NCBI GenBank assembly: GCA_045597865.1
Contig: JAZLKX010000052.1
Coordinates: forward strand, 1-64,000
DNA from: Bacilli bacterium
GTDB taxonomy: Bacteria; Bacillota_I; Bacilli_A; RFN20; CAG-826
Direction of reading: 5' to 3'
DNA length: 64,000 nt
The notes under the pieces were generated by a model, which was not told the origin of the DNA, did no database searches, and saw only the letters and a program-made list of their open reading frames with translations. The translations under genes and the position numbers were made by a program. This document shows, in pieces, positions 4,580 to 14,617 of the stretch. Within the stretch, counting starts at the first letter, position 1; each line of letters begins with the position of its first letter.

Positions 4580-5278
4580 ATGAACAAACCGTCTCGTTAC
4601 ACACCGGTCCTCAAGACCCTCACTGCTCCTGAAACAAGTTTCATCGCAAAGCTCTCCGCTGAACTCCAGCAGCGTGATTTTGAAGCTCGCTGCGCAAAGG
4701 CCACCCTTCGTCAGGCACTCGCCGAAATTGAAACTCTTCATAACCTGAAGATCTTCGGGCTCACTCGCGAAGACCGCAAGGCAATGGAATGCACAGAAGC
4801 TCGCGTCCGCAAGAATTACCGTGACGCTGCAGCTGCGCTCGTTGAAGCTCGCTCTCGTCACAATGAAGCAGTGTGCCGTATCTGCGAAACAAAGCTCGCT
4901 CGTGAGAAGTACGGTGTAAAGCCGGCACCTAAGCCTGAGGCAAAGAATGTAAAGCGCTATGTAGCCGAATTGTCAGATGGTTCAAAGCGCACTGTTAGCG
5001 GTCCGTGCTACGATACTGCTTATTGTGAACTTCGTGATCAGCTGAAAGGCACTGGTGTTCGCATTGACGCATTCCATTGGGATCGTGGCGCTTGTAAGCC
5101 GGCCAACAGCAACAAGACCGTTCAACTGGACGGTGAAAGCTATGAACTTATCAAGGAAGGCTACTTCAGCGTTGATCTTAACAGCGCAAAGGAACTCTTT
5201 GTCAAGCTGCATAAGGCTATTGGCCGCTTGGAAGAAAATCCGCAGCTCCGCATGATTGTTCACTTCCAATCCAAGTAA
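4580..5278 (+). CDS. hypothetical early protein (N-terminal coiled coil)
   Basis: 232-aa ORF, AAGGA SD, own promoter. Confidence 0.8.
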   Translation: MNKPSRYTPVLKTLTAPETSFIAKLSAELQQRDFEARCAKATLRQALAEIETLHNLKIFGLTREDRKAMECTEARVRKNYRDAAAALVEARSRHNEAVCRICETKLAREKYGVKPAPKPEAKNVKRYVAELSDGSKRTVSGPCYDTAYCELRDQLKGTGVRIDAFHWDRGACKPANSNKTVQLDGESYELIKEGYFSVDLNSAKELFVKLHKAIGRLEENPQLRMIVHFQSK

Positions 5279-5322
5279 CATAACTTTTCGGAAAAAATTG
5301 ATGAAAAACTCAATTTTTTCCC

Positions 5323-5351
5323 TTGACAACCATTTCAACAATTTTTATATT
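5323..5351 (+). promoter_or_regulatory. early promoter
   Basis: TTGACA-17-TATATT. Confidence 0.8.
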
Positions 5352-5420
5352 ATACTAGTCGGAAATTGAAATAGATAACCGGCGCCAACAAAACGCCAAA
5401 CAACTTCAAAAGGTATCACT

Positions 5421-6140
5421 ATGGCTAACAAGAACACTAAGGCTATCGCTCAGGCCTCCAAGATGAGCAAGGTTGAAGCTTCTAACGCTGTTGCAGCTGT
5501 TGCTAAGGCACCCCTCTCCAAGCTTGAACTCTTCGGACAGAGCCTCGTGGCATACGTCCGCGCTCATGCTGACTGCATCGAGAAGAACGAAGACGGCAGT
5601 TTCTATCTCCGTAAGGTTGACCTCGGCAAGGGCCCGACTGACTATCGCCTGAAGATTGAACAGGCTGAAGCAAAGGAAGGCAAGCGTGCCAGCCACAAGC
5701 GAGAACTGTATGTTCTCTTGGCTGACGGCAAGGAACGCCTCGTCCAGTTTGGCAACTTCAAGAAGAAGTACCTCTACCCGCTCATGGGTATGGTCGTAAG
5801 TGGTAAGGTGACCAAGGGTGCTGGCAAGATGGTGGTTGACCCTGACCTCACCAAGAAGATCGCCGAAGCAATTCGTGCCGATCGTAAGGCATTCACCCTC
5901 GCTGATGGCGTGCTCACCGGCAAGGTCGCTGATGTAGGTGACATCAAGTTCACCGAAACCATCAAGACCCTCAAGAACGGTAAGACCCAGCTTGAACGCC
6001 AGTTGTTCATCAACGGTGAACTCAAGCTTGAAGGTGGCCAGCTTGGCCGTATCAAGAACGCCTTCACCAAGCTCGGTGTTCACAAGACCATGGCTGATAT
6101 TCTCGCCGACGGCAATGACGCTGTCAGCGACCTGATCTAA
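5421..6140 (+). CDS. Lys-rich hypothetical protein, probably highly expressed; possibly nucleic-acid binding
   Basis: 239 aa; extreme AAG/GAC/ATC/CTC codon bias. Confidence 0.85.
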   Translation: MANKNTKAIAQASKMSKVEASNAVAAVAKAPLSKLELFGQSLVAYVRAHADCIEKNEDGSFYLRKVDLGKGPTDYRLKIEQAEAKEGKRASHKRELYVLLADGKERLVQFGNFKKKYLYPLMGMVVSGKVTKGAGKMVVDPDLTKKIAEAIRADRKAFTLADGVLTGKVADVGDIKFTETIKTLKNGKTQLERQLFINGELKLEGGQLGRIKNAFTKLGVHKTMADILADGNDAVSDLI

Positions 6141-6255
6141 GGATCAGCAGGGTGAACCCTCTCACCCCAAGTCTTTCCCCTCCCCGGCGCTGGTAGTTGT
6201 TCTTTGATGCTTGTATACTACCGGCGCCATTTTTGTTTTTCAAAAGGAATACACA

Positions 6256-6843
6256 ATGCTTTTAACACTTCCCGTCAAGATTGCTGACAGTAATACTGTA
6301 AGCCTGCCTTTCATTGTACGTTTCAACCACAGCCCAGCAAACAAGAGCGGCACTGAATATGTTGGCCGTAACGGCAAGGTAAAGGTGAAGTACAAGGAAC
6401 ACCGCCAGCGTACCTGTACTTGTCAGGTTTATGCAGTAAGTCCTGCACCGCTGAATGCAGCTTCAACAGAATACGAAACAAAGACTGTGGGCAAGTGCTG
6501 GCTGACACTGATCGTTACCTCTAAGCAGACGTTCAGCGCAGCTCCCGGGTTCACTTACATCAAGGCGTTTGGCCGACAGGCTACCTTTGAACGCTGTCTC
6601 CGTGCTTTGATTACCGACAGCGTAAGTAAGAGTGAACAGACGACCTTATCCGGCGCCATCAGCTTGCTGAATTACAAGTTCACCAACGAAACCTTCCGTG
6701 CCGCAGTTGAACAGCTCCGTCAGCGTCACCCCAACGGCGTCGCAGCAGCAGATCTGGCTCGCTTGCTGTATGCCAAGGCTAAGTCCTGCCGAACCTGCAC
6801 CTGCGACAAAAACTCCGAATGTAGCCATTGTTGCTGCAGATAA
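6256..6843 (+). CDS. hypothetical protein with Cys-rich C-terminus
   Basis: AAGGA SD before ATG 6256; ends CRTCTCDKNSECSHCCCR. Confidence 0.75.
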   Translation: MLLTLPVKIADSNTVSLPFIVRFNHSPANKSGTEYVGRNGKVKVKYKEHRQRTCTCQVYAVSPAPLNAASTEYETKTVGKCWLTLIVTSKQTFSAAPGFTYIKAFGRQATFERCLRALITDSVSKSEQTTLSGAISLLNYKFTNETFRAAVEQLRQRHPNGVAAADLARLLYAKAKSCRTCTCDKNSECSHCCCR

Positions 6844-6882
6844 GCAAAATTAGGCGCTCAAATTAATGAAATTTGGGCGCTT

Positions 6883-7075
6883 TTATTACAGTTTTTTCTC
6901 TTATTCTTCTGTGGTTGTGTTGTAGCATTTCTATCTGTATAATTGCCAATACAACCGCGGAATTACAGTTTTTTAAAGTTTTTTCAACTTTTTCATATTT
7001 TTTCCTTATATACCATTGCCAGACCTCGGAATAGTTGTTATATTTTACTCGTAAAATTGAAACAACTGAGGTTAC
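6883..7075 (+). repeat. early-promoter cassette copy B
   Basis: 42-bp core at 6883-6924; TTGCCA(7016)-17-TATATT; ACAACTGAGG SD. Confidence 0.9.
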
Positions 7076-8251
7076 ATGAAACTTGAACTCCCCACTCGCG
7101 ACATTCTCCTCCAGAACACCAAGAAAGACATCAATGATTCCGAAAAGATCGCCGTTGACCGTCTCGTAGGCATCACCGCAGACTTTTGTCGTATCGCTTC
7201 TAACCACGGCATGTGGGTCACTGTTGAAAGCTGCCGCAACGAGATCGGACCGGATAGTTCCTTGACTTTGTGCCTCCGCAGTGACGCCGATCCTGAACTA
7301 GCCGGACTTCACCTGCAGCTGCAGATCTACCGCAACGCTCTCCGTGAAATCACTGCTGAGAACAGTATCACTATTCTCGTTGACCGTTACCAGAAGTTCG
7401 AGCGCACCATTGACAGCTACGGCAATATCGCCGGTAAGTACACCCGCATGTCTCAGGTCGCCTTTGACAAGTGGGGCGCTAAGGCCCGCAGCTACCGTAC
7501 AAACACACGCAGCTGGGATGGCAACTGGCGTGAATTCCACCGCAGCATTCCTGTACTGATTCAGTACTTCAAGAAGGCCGACAAGTTCACCGTCAAGAAC
7601 GTTGAAGTTGACCACACCAAGAAGCTCATGCAGAAGGATGTACGCCGTTTCACCGACGACGTTGACTACATCGCCTTCAATGCAGACACCGGGATGAAGG
7701 ATCTGTTTGGACAGCGATTTGGCGCAGTCGCGCAGAAATGCAATGGTGACGGCCTCGACTGGCAGATCATACTCACCAATCTTCCGAACAAGAAGGTCGC
7801 AGGCTGCCCGGGCTTCTATTCTCAGCGTGACACCGAATCCGATGAAAGTCTGACCCATGGCCTGCTCCCGTTGCCGAAGATGGGCTCCCTCCTCGTAAAC
7901 GCCAAGCCGGTTGACTATCTCACTTATTGGGGTGGTGCAATGCAGGTGGCGTTCATTCTGGGCATCAAGAAGGAAACTGGCAAGTGGTACATCACATATC
8001 CTTCTATGCGCTCGCTCGCTATTGACGCCGGTGTTCAGGACGCCACTTCCTTGAACTTCGCCTGTGAGAAGGAAGACGCAGCTGGTATCATTGAATACAT
8101 CCAGCAGTGCCTGACAGCTGAACGTAAGGCCTACGACCTGCGTAAGGAATACATGCGTGCCTTTATCAATACCGGCGCCATCAACGAATCCGTCTGCAGC
8201 AACTATCTGCGCATGGAAGCAAACATTGAACGTGCAGGCAAGGAGGTATAA
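7076..8251 (+). CDS. hypothetical early protein
   Basis: 391-aa ORF, GAGG SD. Confidence 0.85.
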   Translation: MKLELPTRDILLQNTKKDINDSEKIAVDRLVGITADFCRIASNHGMWVTVESCRNEIGPDSSLTLCLRSDADPELAGLHLQLQIYRNALREITAENSITILVDRYQKFERTIDSYGNIAGKYTRMSQVAFDKWGAKARSYRTNTRSWDGNWREFHRSIPVLIQYFKKADKFTVKNVEVDHTKKLMQKDVRRFTDDVDYIAFNADTGMKDLFGQRFGAVAQKCNGDGLDWQIILTNLPNKKVAGCPGFYSQRDTESDESLTHGLLPLPKMGSLLVNAKPVDYLTYWGGAMQVAFILGIKKETGKWYITYPSMRSLAIDAGVQDATSLNFACEKEDAAGIIEYIQQCLTAERKAYDLRKEYMRAFINTGAINESVCSNYLRMEANIERAGKEV

Positions 8252-8253
8252 CA

Positions 8254-9006
8254 ATGGCTGATTTACTTCAAGGCGTTGATCTCGTGACCATCAAGGATTT
8301 CAGAAAGCTCTGTAAGTCCATGGGCATAAAGCTCCCCAGGGAGATAATAGTCAGCGACGAGCTGGCGAACCATATCGAGTGGCGCCAGATGCCTCAGCTT
8401 GTAAAGATTGATGGCAAGAAGACCAGCAAAGCTCCAATGATCAGCTTTAAGCTCGGCTATCGCTCGTGGACCGACAGCAACAGTAAGTACCACTGGAACA
8501 AGGTGGTAGTGACTGAAATCACCGGAATAGTACTCAGGGAAGATGTCAGATACCGCAGGCAGGAGCAAGTGGCAGCTCGCGTAGCCAGGAATGAATGCAC
8601 CTCAGACGACCATTATGCTCGCGTCAGATATAAGTGGTTCGTCGAGAGCTGTATCCGCAATCCATCACTGGACAAGCGCTGGTTCTATGCTTCCTGTGGC
8701 AAGGTCGAGAAGCGCAGGCACAACTACAATAGCTATCTACAGGAGCTGAACTGTGGCAAGCCAACATTGAATACCATCAAGAAGGTGTTCGCATTCCAGT
8801 CCTCTGGATTTGAATTCATGCATAAGCTCGCCAGCAGCCCCAGAGCTATACAGTACCGTGATACGATGAAAAGGCTAAAGGAACAGCAGCGTGAGCTATT
8901 CCGTGCTCGCAAGGAATGCCGTGAGCAAGGCTATGGCGATGGCGCTACGATGGTCGCTATGAATATAGACAAAGTATTGGCTCAGGACGCACTAGCAAGC
9001 CTCTAA
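8254..9006 (+). CDS. hypothetical protein
   Basis: 250-aa ORF, GGAGG SD. Confidence 0.8.
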   Translation: MADLLQGVDLVTIKDFRKLCKSMGIKLPREIIVSDELANHIEWRQMPQLVKIDGKKTSKAPMISFKLGYRSWTDSNSKYHWNKVVVTEITGIVLREDVRYRRQEQVAARVARNECTSDDHYARVRYKWFVESCIRNPSLDKRWFYASCGKVEKRRHNYNSYLQELNCGKPTLNTIKKVFAFQSSGFEFMHKLASSPRAIQYRDTMKRLKEQQRELFRARKECREQGYGDGATMVAMNIDKVLAQDALASL

Positions 9007-9019
9007 ACAATACAACAAT

Positions 9020-9050
9020 AGAGCCCCCAGCAATACGCCAGGGGCTCTTT
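9020..9050 (+). terminator. probable bidirectional terminator between convergent genes
   Basis: AGAGCCCC/GGGGCTCT hairpin. Confidence 0.6.
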
Positions 9051-9068
9051 AATAGTATATAATAAAAG

Positions 9069-9509
9069 TTATCCGTTGATCTCAGCCGGATAACGATAAG
9101 GCTTTTGCTGTTGCAGCCACATGCGAAGCTCACGCAATACTTTAATCAACTCCCAGTTAGTATACTTGGCTCCAGCTATATCTTCCTCCCAGATAGCCGT
9201 AGGATCGTAGTCTGCGCCTTGTTCCTTTCGAGATTTATATTTGAAATGGAATTGTTTGTTTGCTAACTCATCAATGTAATGGTTGATCTGTTTCTCACCT
9301 GATGCTTTATCGTGGCAGAGCATACGCTTACAATGTAGTAGCTGTGGATAATTATCGCAATGATCTAATAACGAATCAATCTCCATCGTTCTAATAGTAT
9401 TCATCACGAGATAGTAGCGAAGGATCTGTGGTACTGTTCTCATGGTCAATATCTCCATATAATAATTTGTTTTGATACAATAATATGGTATACCATAGGG
9501 GTATACCAT
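9069..9509 (-). CDS. hypothetical protein (true start probably downstream, MEILTM/MRTVPQ)
   Basis: Only long ORF in the interval; GGAG upstream of an internal ATG. Confidence 0.6.
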   Translation of the reverse strand: MVYPYGIPYYCIKTNYYMEILTMRTVPQILRYYLVMNTIRTMEIDSLLDHCDNYPQLLHCKRMLCHDKASGEKQINHYIDELANKQFHFKYKSRKEQGADYDPTAIWEEDIAGAKYTNWELIKVLRELRMWLQQQKPYRYPAEING

Positions 9510-9811
9510 TCAATAATAATAATAAACTATTTATTTACTATAAATGCACAGTAAATGCACACAAACTCCCTAGAACTAAGGCGGTGCCTGGGTCTAAAGA
9601 TGATGATGATGCGGTCATACTAGGTTCGTCTTGGGTCTTGGGTCATCGTCAAGTCCTCTTCAAAAACTGCCGATTCTGACTGGTTATTTGACTGGTATAT
9701 TGTAGCCTTTTTTTGACCATATTACCGGTAAAACTGCGCGACTACCCATTTTAAAATGTATTCAGCACTATGGTCAAAATATATCTAGGGGGTTGGCGAG
9801 CGGTTTTCTAT

Positions 9812-9955
9812 AGCACTGAAGATGTATCTTTCTTTATGATGAAAAACAAAAATAGCAGTAGCAAAAAAAAAATAAAAAAAAATTCCGTAAATGGTTCTGT
9901 ATAGTAAAAACGGGCAGCACTGAAGATGTATCTTTCTTTATGATGAAAAACAAAA
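9812..9955. repeat. 40-bp direct repeat x2 in the non-coding gap
   Basis: AGCACTGAAGATGTATCTTTCTTTATGATGAAAAACAAAA at 9812-9851 and 9916-9955. Confidence 0.9.
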
Positions 9956-10150
9956 TAAGACGTCTTCCCCAAATACTCACGCAGTATTTCCCCATAGTCC
10001 CTTTAAAAAAAAAATAAAAAATTTTCAAAATGATAGTCCTGAAGAAAAAACAAGATGTTGAAGGAAGCAGCAGCAGAGGCGGATTAAACAGAAAATGGTC
10101 CCTATAAAAAAATTACAACTATACAAAATGAATGGACAGGTTTTTACCCT

Positions 10151-10190
10151 ATGATTGGAAAAGATACTGTATGATTGGAAAATATACTGT
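10151..10190. repeat. 20-bp tandem repeat x2
   Basis: ATGATTGGAAAAGATACTGT ATGATTGGAAAATATACTGT. Confidence 0.85.
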
Positions 10191-10232
10191 AATAATCATT
10201 CTACAATAGGATAATTTGTTTTATTGGGGGTA

Positions 10233-10261
10233 TTTACAGATAATAAGCAAATTATTATATT
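10233..10261 (+). promoter_or_regulatory. early promoter
   Basis: TTTACA-17-TATATT. Confidence 0.7.
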
Positions 10262-10289
10262 TTAATTGATAAAACAAGGAACAACTTAT

Positions 10290-10697
10290 ATGACACTTGA
10301 TGTTTTGAAGGTAATTTTTTCAACAGCAGGATATGTTCTTGAAATGGGACATGAAGATGTTTTAGATTCTGATATTGCTATGCGAGTATATTCGTCGCAG
10401 GCAAACACATGGGGTAAGACAACAGCGCTTGTAGTTGCAGAGGTCTTGCTTGATGGAACAATTAGAATCTATCCCGTAATGGCGCATAGAGGAAAACGGA
10501 TAATCTATGAGGCAGATCCGTGTCTGACATTTATATGGAATGAAGAATTGGCAGGCGTTGGTGTAAATGAAGTTGAGATCATTAGCATTGAAACGCTGAC
10601 AGCAGTGATGGACACTATTCAGAAGCATACAAAGGAACTTGAGATGCTTCTGGTTCGGCATGTAATTGATTTTGAGGGATTGGGGATTAGCTTGTAG
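10290..10697 (+). CDS. hypothetical protein, paralogue array member
   Basis: AAGGA SD; N-terminus MTLDVLKVIFSTAGY. Confidence 0.75.
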   Translation: MTLDVLKVIFSTAGYVLEMGHEDVLDSDIAMRVYSSQANTWGKTTALVVAEVLLDGTIRIYPVMAHRGKRIIYEADPCLTFIWNEELAGVGVNEVEIISIETLTAVMDTIQKHTKELEMLLVRHVIDFEGLGISL

Positions 10698-11111
10698 ATG
10701 GATATGTCTGAAACAGAAATTTTACAGATGTTTACTGATGAAGGCTTTATGGTTGATAACACAATCTTGCCTAATCAGGTGATACTTATATTTCCGCCGG
10801 ACGTATTGGCTTATGAAAGAAGATTCGCCGAGAATAAAATCGTCGCGGAAATTTACAAAAATACAGGTCGTGGAACTTTGTACCCACAGGTATGTTTAGG
10901 AAATCCGAATCCTTACACAATTTCTTTTCGTCAATCACACAACTTTTACTTTCGTCGAGATGAAAACGAAAGAACGATTTTGTTTAATGATTGTGAAGAT
11001 ATAGAAATTGAGGATTTCAGAAAAATGTTAAGCGCTGTTATGGAAAAGTATCAACTTTTGAGAAAACTCAGCACACAATTTAAAATTATAGATGAGGCAG
11101 CAAAACTATGA
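10698..11111 (+). CDS. hypothetical protein, paralogue array member
   Basis: SETEILQMFTDEGF; C-terminal KIIDEAA shared with the next gene (KIIHEAA). Confidence 0.8.
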   Translation: MDMSETEILQMFTDEGFMVDNTILPNQVILIFPPDVLAYERRFAENKIVAEIYKNTGRGTLYPQVCLGNPNPYTISFRQSHNFYFRRDENERTILFNDCEDIEIEDFRKMLSAVMEKYQLLRKLSTQFKIIDEAAKL

Positions 11112-11590
11112 CGAACCGCGATCTTATGCATACACTTGCGAATATGGCTGAAGAAGCCGGATTTGGCACTGTGCCGTACATGAAAGTCGGCGGTCACTTT
11201 GAGCCAATACTAGATGCTGATGTACCTGCAACTGCAATAGAAAAGTATGAGATATGGTTGCCAATCATGGGTTATGAAGCCGAACGAAATCAATATCAAG
11301 GTGCTTTGGTTGCTATGGTCATAGAAAGTAATAGCCTTCGCATTTATCCGTCTTTGGAAATTAGCGATGACGGCGTTCCTGGCTTTTCAGCAAATCATGA
11401 CATTATGATTGCGTATGATAAGGCTGCTAAAGCAAACCCAGAACAGTTTATGAAGCAAGTGAATGATTGGCTGCTGTGCATTTCTGAAAAGGCACATGCA
11501 TTGAAAATGTTTCATGAGAAGATGAAGATCATTCACGAAGCTGCTTGCTTTCCAAGCGATACCGCTTCACGTTCAACCATTGTGTGGTAA
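11108..11590 (+). CDS. hypothetical protein, paralogue array member
   Basis: LMHTLANMAEEAGF; ATGA overlap. Confidence 0.8.
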   Translation: MTNRDLMHTLANMAEEAGFGTVPYMKVGGHFEPILDADVPATAIEKYEIWLPIMGYEAERNQYQGALVAMVIESNSLRIYPSLEISDDGVPGFSANHDIMIAYDKAAKANPEQFMKQVNDWLLCISEKAHALKMFHEKMKIIHEAACFPSDTASRSTIVW

Positions 11591-11592
11591 AT

Positions 11593-12735
11593 ATGTTTGA
11601 TGAAGATGAAATTGAAGACGATGATATAACATCAGTGGACGACGGACATGCTGTTGCCCTTGCCAATTCAACCATGGATATTAGAAAATTGCTAACAGCC
11701 CAAAACAGTCCGAGTAAAAAAGAAATGACGTATAAAGACAAGTTAACGCCTGATGAACTTGATGCGCTGTATAAAGCATTTGGCGCTTTAGGAAAGCTGA
11801 ATGCTTTGGAGCGCAATGACGTTTGGCGCGAATCTATACGTGTTGCTGGTATTAGCGCGGAAGAAAAACGGGGTCGTGATGAACTTATTGAAATGCGTGT
11901 TACAGCAGCAGATCGTATTACACCGGAAAAGATTGTTGCTTTATTCAAGAAGTATGGATGTAAGTTGAACATTGATGATGCAGAGGAGAAAAAGGATGGT
12001 AATCATCATGTATCATTGATTTGGGAAACTTTTGAGACACCTTCAGGTGACGTTGCTAATAAGGCTTTCATTGAAAGGATACATCTATATCAGATATGTA
12101 AAGAAGCAGCAGATGATCGTGCAGGACAGAACATTCTATATGTAAGAGTGCCTAATATGATATCTGATACAAATGATGACATAAACCGTTTATCAAAGAA
12201 CGTCCGTAATACCTTTAATGGTATGATTGACTACATTGGCACAACCCGTATAGATTGCGTTAGCGACAGCTGGAAGGCTGATCGTATAGCGGCTCAACAA
12301 AAAATACTCAATGGGTCTTTAAACGCAATTCACAGAGTAATTATGAAACCCGAATGTAAAGGTGTCGAGAATGATTTCTTGTGTACTATGCAAGTTTTGG
12401 CTGGTGCGACTGGAAATTTGGTAATTACGTTTATAAGCATGGATGAATTTGAAAAGTTCCTTGACGCAAGAATCACTCTTGTGAATAGACTTAAGGAATC
12501 ATTTTTGCCAAAAATTCGTAATGTTATAAATGATACCGTGGAAAGAACGGCTGAACTGTTAGATGAAATTGCTGTGGCGAGCGAGCATCTCGCTGACGCA
12601 TATAAATCATTTGATGCTGGCATACAAGCGGCGTGTGAAGCGCAGCGAGCTATTTTTGGCGGTCTTAATGATGATGTACAACTGTATAGGCTAAAACAAA
12701 AGGTTTCTCAAAATGAATACGGGAAGATGGAGTGA
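11593..12735 (+). CDS. hypothetical protein, paralogue array member
   Basis: Internal ITPEKIVALFKKYGC; helical C-terminus. Confidence 0.8.
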   Translation: MFDEDEIEDDDITSVDDGHAVALANSTMDIRKLLTAQNSPSKKEMTYKDKLTPDELDALYKAFGALGKLNALERNDVWRESIRVAGISAEEKRGRDELIEMRVTAADRITPEKIVALFKKYGCKLNIDDAEEKKDGNHHVSLIWETFETPSGDVANKAFIERIHLYQICKEAADDRAGQNILYVRVPNMISDTNDDINRLSKNVRNTFNGMIDYIGTTRIDCVSDSWKADRIAAQQKILNGSLNAIHRVIMKPECKGVENDFLCTMQVLAGATGNLVITFISMDEFEKFLDARITLVNRLKESFLPKIRNVINDTVERTAELLDEIAVASEHLADAYKSFDAGIQAACEAQRAIFGGLNDDVQLYRLKQKVSQNEYGKME

Positions 12736-13399
12736 AGCGCGAAGACTTCGCGGCGACATGTCAGAAGAAGATGATATGCCAGAAGGTATGCAGACTGATG
12801 AATGGAACATTCATCTTGTACTTGATGCGCTGTCAGAATTCTTTACATTGCCAAATGACTTGGTAGTTCCGGAAAATAAAGACTTTAGGCTAGACTTATC
12901 GTTAGCCAGATTGAAAAGTGAATTTATTACAACAGCAGATACCGCAACAACAGTCATTTCCATTGTGCTGACTGCTAAAACGAATGTACTTGAGGTTACG
13001 TCATTCAAGCTTCTCACGCCGACACGGTCGGATTTGCAGCGTACATTAGGTACAGGACTTTCACTTGGTGAAAATAGTCCTAAATTAGCTATGTCGGCAG
13101 TAAAAGTATCAATTACGTCTATCACAATGCTTAAGGAAAACCTTACTTATCTAATTGAGTTTCTTAAAACGATTGATGGGTTGGACGCGATATATGCAAA
13201 AGCTTTAACGGAATCAGAACCTTTATGGCTTGCTAGTGTTGCGAAAGAACAGGAAGTAGCTGAAGCACGGAAAGTGTATAATGCACGGAATGATGAACTT
13301 TTACAAATTAGACAGGAGCTGCACCAGCTTGTGAATAAAATTATGGACAAAATGGAAACAGCGATACAGATTTCTTTGGAAGGTTCTAAATTAGGATAA
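12713..13399 (+). CDS. hypothetical protein with C-terminal coiled coil
   Basis: 228-aa ORF in an operon. Confidence 0.75.
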   Translation: MNTGRWSEARRLRGDMSEEDDMPEGMQTDEWNIHLVLDALSEFFTLPNDLVVPENKDFRLDLSLARLKSEFITTADTATTVISIVLTAKTNVLEVTSFKLLTPTRSDLQRTLGTGLSLGENSPKLAMSAVKVSITSITMLKENLTYLIEFLKTIDGLDAIYAKALTESEPLWLASVAKEQEVAEARKVYNARNDELLQIRQELHQLVNKIMDKMETAIQISLEGSKLG

Positions 13400-13426
13400 T
13401 AGTTTCTTCCGTGCATCAAATTGGGG

Positions 13427-13455
13427 TTTACAAGTCATCATAAAATTATTAAATT
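13427..13455 (+). promoter_or_regulatory. early promoter
   Basis: TTTACA-17-TAAATT. Confidence 0.65.
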
Positions 13456-13483
13456 TTGTTTGTAAAACAACAAAGGAAATAAC

Positions 13484-14608
13484 ATGGACTTTCAGGAATA
13501 TGTGAACCAAGCCGCAAAAATCGTGGCAACTGTGAAGACGAAACCGGATTTTAAAGAAAACTGTAAAAATTCAACTATGTATAAGGATCTTATCACATCA
13601 CCCGGTTTTTCTTGCCGGTATCTTCGCACCGACGGATGTGTTGTTGTCTGCATGAAAGACGGCCGGGAGTATGTATTTTACAATAATAAGCCTGAAGATT
13701 CGGATAATCCTGATGAAGCACTTGGTGAATACTTTGAAGCGTTGCATCCTTATAATGCTGCATTTGATGATAGCATTTTTGTTTCTGAAGTGAAATCCGC
13801 GCTTAAAAGCGGCACAAGCATAGAAGATGTAATGAAGTATATGCAAGATGTTGTTTCTGCTGCACAGCATAGCATAGAACAAGAAAAGCTTGCCGCGGAA
13901 GTTAAGAACAAGCAAATAAAGGAAAACTATCGCAAGTCCATTGATATATTTAAAGCAGTTAAAGAAGTACTTGCTAAATACAATTTGGACGCTGGCTGTG
14001 ACATTCCTGATGAAAACAACATGACATATAAGTCGTGGCTTATTGAAGCTAAGTTTATGAAGCACCGCGATAGCTACTGGAATGCAGGCGTTGAGGAACT
14101 CAACAAAGAGAAGTTTAAAATCAGCGTTATTCGTGATTCTGGTGGTTCCGTATACATCGGCGTTGAAAAACCAAGACTTAGAGAAAACATAGCTGATGAT
14201 TTTTCCGCAATTTCATCTTGCTTTATGCTACCAACTAGAGATTGGGAAATGTTTAAAGACATTGCGGCACATTATCACGGGCAGTTTTGTTTAACCAAAT
14301 ATGTGCTGCGTCCACGACAAGATTGGCGTGAAGATCGTTTAGCAGATGCAGCAGCATTAGATGAAATGCTAAAGACGATATTTGACTTTGGTAAGGCTTT
14401 GGAAAAACTTGAAGACGAGTTTCAAGAATACATAAATGATAGTCAAAAAATCGTTGATGAGATTCGGCATGACATGGAAAGGTTAAACAACAAATTGGAT
14501 TGTATGCGTGATCGTTGTCGTGCTATGATACAAGAAAAGTTTTTACAAAAGGCAAAAATCATAACTGAGAGCATGGTTACTTCAGTTTTAGAAAACTCAA
14601 CATACTAA
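13484..14608 (+). CDS. hypothetical protein, paralogue array member
   Basis: 374 aa; AVKEVLAKYNL; C-terminal coiled coil. Confidence 0.85.
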   Translation: MDFQEYVNQAAKIVATVKTKPDFKENCKNSTMYKDLITSPGFSCRYLRTDGCVVVCMKDGREYVFYNNKPEDSDNPDEALGEYFEALHPYNAAFDDSIFVSEVKSALKSGTSIEDVMKYMQDVVSAAQHSIEQEKLAAEVKNKQIKENYRKSIDIFKAVKEVLAKYNLDAGCDIPDENNMTYKSWLIEAKFMKHRDSYWNAGVEELNKEKFKISVIRDSGGSVYIGVEKPRLRENIADDFSAISSCFMLPTRDWEMFKDIAAHYHGQFCLTKYVLRPRQDWREDRLADAAALDEMLKTIFDFGKALEKLEDEFQEYINDSQKIVDEIRHDMERLNNKLDCMRDRCRAMIQEKFLQKAKIITESMVTSVLENSTY

Positions 14609-14617
14609 GGTATAAAG

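Noticed and set aside
9812-9955. Mini-CRISPR (two 40-bp repeats)
   Set aside because: Only two copies, non-palindromic, with a 64-bp low-complexity A-rich spacer and no cas genes nearby.
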